A program made the translations under genes and the position numbers. Shown in pieces: positions 29,180 to 32,000 of a stretch of DNA of 32,000 nucleotides. The notes below the pieces were generated by a model. That model saw only the letters and a list, made by a program, of their open reading frames with translations, had not been told where the DNA came from and searched no databases. Numbering within the stretch: the stretch's first letter is position 1; each line of letters opens with the position of its first letter. Source of the DNA: a cyanobacterium endosymbiont of Epithemia turgida isolate EtSB Lake Yunoko (lineage in GTDB: Bacteria; Cyanobacteriota; Cyanobacteriia; Cyanobacteriales; Microcystaceae); NCBI RefSeq assembly GCF_000829235.1, contig NZ_AP012549.1, positions 870,001 through 902,000 of the forward strand, given 5' to 3'.

Positions 29180-29346
29180 CTCACCTAATTATTTACCATG
29201 TTTTGTCCCTTTGATTTTTCATTAAAAGTCTGTTTTTAAATTTAGAGTTAAACTAATCAAACTCTTTCTAAGAGAGACTCTTTATAACTACCTTAACTTA
29301 TCTAAAATTAAACTCAAGTTGCCTTCAAAGTTATCGGCTAAGTTTA

Positions 29347-29394
29347 TTAATCATTGGGCAATAATTTAGGTCTAAATTATTGCCCAATGATTAA
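29347..29394. repeat. 48-bp perfect palindrome (23-bp arms, 2-nt centre)
   Basis: The sequence is TTAATCATTGGGCAATAATTTAG-GT-CTAAATTATTGCCCAATGATTAA, verified base by base. It lies 168-215 nt upstream of the K+ channel start codon at 29179 (minus strand). Confidence 0.95.
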
Positions 29395-31092
29395 CTCTAT
29401 AACCTTTAACACGTAACAGTTTATTGAGCTGTAATAGTTGCAAAACCATAACTTTTTGGTTAATTAGCTTGTAGCTATTCCTTAAGTGTTAAGCTATGAT
29501 CTTTGCCCTTGTTAATTCTACCATTTTATTTTAAGGAACGAGAACATATTCTCAGAGAATATGACAAGTATTCCCAATAAATAAGAAAGCTAGGATAAAT
29601 CACTGATTTTCTGTCTTGTTACTACGTCAGACCATAAGTCACTCTTCTAATTTTTTTATTTTAAGCAGCACATTGCCAAATTCTTTGATCTAATAAGCTG
29701 CACAGTTGAAACCCATAAACATAATCAAGAAAATATGATTTAGTGGTTTAAAATAGTAAATATATCATAATAATTACTTTATTAAAAGTTTTAAATTTTT
29801 TGATCAAAATAGAGATAAATAATTTAATTACATTTGCAGAATTTTTATCAAAATTAATATGAAGCATAAAAAATAAATTATAAAGATAAATATCAAGAGT
29901 AAAGTAATATAGGTAATAATAATTAAATTTTAACAGAAAATAATAATGAAAACCTCTATTTTAATTATTCACTCATAAAGTAGGGATGGAAAGACAAAGA
30001 TAGCATCTTATTTACCAGGATAGTCTTATATTTTATATTACTTTAGTATATTTAACTCTTAAATAAAATCTATAAAGGTTAGTTATGAATGGAGTTGATC
30101 TCGTCAAATATAGAGGTGTTGATAACACTATTGAGATGTTTGCCAAAGAAGATTTATGGAAAAAATTAGTCTATAGTTATAAGATTATTGTTTGTGATTT
30201 TTCCTAATTAAAGAACGCAATTATAAACTATTATTTATATAATTTTAAATTTGCTGTATATCAATAATTATTCTAAATTTATCTAGAGTATTTTAAAACA
30301 AATCTATCAAGTTAATCAAGAATTTTATTGATTCATGCCAGTTAAGTAATTAATGAAAAATTACTGTCGAGTAGTTAAATTTTTTGAGGATAAATTTTTA
30401 AGTAAAAGACTAGTAAATTAGCAACCCGGCTGAGAAAAAACTGCTGATAAGTTTTATTGTATCGATTCTGAATAAGCCTACATTAAACATGGTTATTTTT
30501 TATCTCACTGATACATTTATATTGTTGAATATTTTGATAATTTCCGCAGGAGACTAGCCTTTAATGTTAATAAAAAATAAATGTTACCCACGAGATAATT
30601 TAATTAATTTAGCTGACTATATTGAACAAAAAATCGAAATATAACATTTGATGAACAATCATTTTGTTTAATAACTAATTTGTCTTTTGTGTTTCAACTA
30701 AATTAGTTTAAGCCTTATAAACTCGATTTAGCTCAGTTAATGCTTGACACATCTTAATATAGCTACATTAGCCTTGGAGTGGAGTTTAATAAAGTGGTCT
30801 TGATCTTCAAGATTAGATTTGACTAATTCTTTAGGATTTTAACTAATTACCATTGTAGCCATTTAAATTACTTTAATTGGCTACAATGGAGACTATCAGT
30901 TCCTTCAACATAATTTCTCCCTCAATAGAGCACACTTTAGTTTTGTTGTTTTTTTGAAAGCATTGGGCGAATGTTAATTTAAATACTGTCAAATTGTATT
31001 GTGCCAAGGATTACATTCAGTCCAGTCAAAAATCGATCAATGGGGGATAAAAATTAGAAACTGAGGAGAATCAAGGTACTGTAAAAGAGAAT

Positions 31093-32000
31093 CTAGACAT
31101 TTAAGGAAACTCTGTTAGAAACAAAATCATTAGTAGTAGATACCATTGCTGCTAATAATTGTTCAGATGAAACAACAAAAGGAAGGCGGTGAATATCTGA
31201 TTCAGGACGACAAGTAACCTCTGCTGCTCGGCGCAATTCACCCAATGTAACCCTAGACAACCCTAACTCTTCTAAGGTTTTCGGTAAACCAATTTCTTCA
31301 TAAAATTTTAGTAATTGCTGTCTAGAGGAAACCGCCAATTGATTGTTCTGAATCATCTCCTCTAGGCGCAGTTGAACTAGAATACCGTAAGCAACTTTCT
31401 CCCCATGTAAAATCCTGTGGGCCGCCCCAATATAGGTTAAGCCATTGTGTACTGCATGAGCAGCTACGGTACGGCAATTAGCTCCACCTAACCCTCCAAT
31501 AACTCCAGCTAATAACACACAAGCATCAACCACTTCTCGCCATGCCTCACCTCCAGGAGTATTCAGCGCAGCTACTGACTCCTGGAATAATAAATCTCGT
31601 AATACTCGTGCTTGTTGAACAGCAGCAATGGTAAGGGTAGTAGTGGAATTACCACTACTGACAGAAGCTTCATACCATTTAGCGATCGCATCGCCTATCC
31701 CTGCCACTAAAGTCCGTTCTGAGGCCGTTTTAATAATGGCGTAGTCTAAAATCAGTAAATCGGGGCATCTTGATAAAGAAACGTCGTATTGAAACGCCCC
31801 TTCATTGGAATAGATATTTGACAAAGCTGTCCAGGCTGCACAGGTAGCAGCTGAAGTTGGGACAGTGATAATAGGCAATTGATATTGATGGGCGAGTAAC
31901 TTAGCGGTATCGAGGGCTTTACCTCCCCCCACTCCAATAATAACGTCCCCTTGATGCTCCTTAAGTGTTGTTTTAAGAGCTTCTAAAGAGCTTTCTGAAC
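31093..32000 (-). CDS. iron-containing alcohol dehydrogenase family, glycerol-dehydrogenase-like (partial, N-terminus beyond the right edge)
   Basis: The frame stays open from 32000 down to the stop at 31093. The track Met at 31932 is internal: upstream it reads ...SLEALKTTLKEHQGDVIIGVGGGKALDTAKLLA. Motifs GGGKALDTAK, PTSAATCAAW and HAVHNGLT...HGEKVAYG are present. It contains a HIP1 site. Confidence 0.82.
   Translation of the reverse strand, partial: SESSLEALKTTLKEHQGDVIIGVGGGKALDTAKLLAHQYQLPIITVPTSAATCAAWTALSNIYSNEGAFQYDVSLSRCPDLLILDYAIIKTASERTLVAGIGDAIAKWYEASVSSGNSTTTLTIAAVQQARVLRDLLFQESVAALNTPGGEAWREVVDACVLLAGVIGGLGGANCRTVAAHAVHNGLTYIGAAHRILHGEKVAYGILVQLRLEEMIQNNQLAVSSRQQLLKFYEEIGLPKTLEELGLSRVTLGELRRAAEVTCRPESDIHRLPFVVSSEQLLAAMVSTTNDFVSNRVSLNV
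31682..31689. repeat. HIP1 octamer GCGATCGC
   Basis: Exact GCGATCGC inside the Fe-ADH-like gene. Confidence 0.9.

Noticed and set aside
22739-29394. Interpreting the long palindromes as MITEs or IS ends.
   Set aside because: The five long inverted repeats have unrelated sequences. None is repeated elsewhere in the window, no target-site duplications are evident, and there is no transposase. A dispersed family cannot be excluded without the whole genome.
1596-31937. Track ORFs lying antisense to or overlapping strong genes: 1596-1808, 4859-5053, 6628-6843, 8122-8382, 8392-8580, 8702-9028, 9559-9747, 18851-19051, 24860-25051, 28042-28236 and 31752-31937.
   Set aside because: Each sits inside or opposite a well-supported conserved CDS. 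None has a recognisable motif or RBS, and their residue composition is typical of shadow frames.
1-32000. CRISPR arrays, tRNA/rRNA/tmRNA genes, transposases, integrases, phage or toxin-antitoxin/defence gene clusters.
   Set aside because: I saw no regularly spaced direct repeats, no GGTTCGAATCC-type T-arm or cloverleaf candidates, and no ORF with transposase, integrase or defence-domain motifs. All intact ORFs have housekeeping or conserved-hypothetical character.

Overview
This window is a cyanobacterial chromosome segment that looks like it is undergoing reductive genome erosion. The cyanobacterial call rests on two HIP1 GCGATCGC octamers and a typical housekeeping gene set: serS, fabZ, mgtE, ilvH, rpsF, aroQ, lpxD, ftrV, an Sfp/HetI-type PPTase, pyrB, a GUN4-domain protein, a type-2 NADH dehydrogenase, a Tic20-like protein, a DUF2237 protein, a 2TM-RCK K+ channel and an Fe-ADH/glycerol-dehydrogenase-like gene. 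By my coordinates, intact CDS cover only about 44% of the 32 kb. About 9% more is recognisable gene wreckage: two OmpR-type response regulators, one histidine kinase, mtnA, a fused rfbD/rfbB remnant and an HlyD/DevB-type membrane-fusion protein. The rest is 1-2 kb spacers that are ORF-free, very AT-rich and full of homopolymer runs. I saw no rRNA, tRNA, CRISPR array, transposase, phage gene or recognisable defence gene. I cannot support a new multi-gene system here. The signals most worth a second look are the pattern of gene loss, the chimeric rfbD::rfbB deletion product, and a set of long perfect inverted repeats surviving in decaying DNA (15-23 bp arms). These include a 46-bp palindrome inside the transporter pseudogene and a 48-bp palindrome upstream of the K+ channel. 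Also notable are a non-canonical TVGFS selectivity filter in that channel and a perfect 16-bp tandem duplication next to the lpxD ribosome-binding site. All family assignments come from recalled motifs, not database searches.
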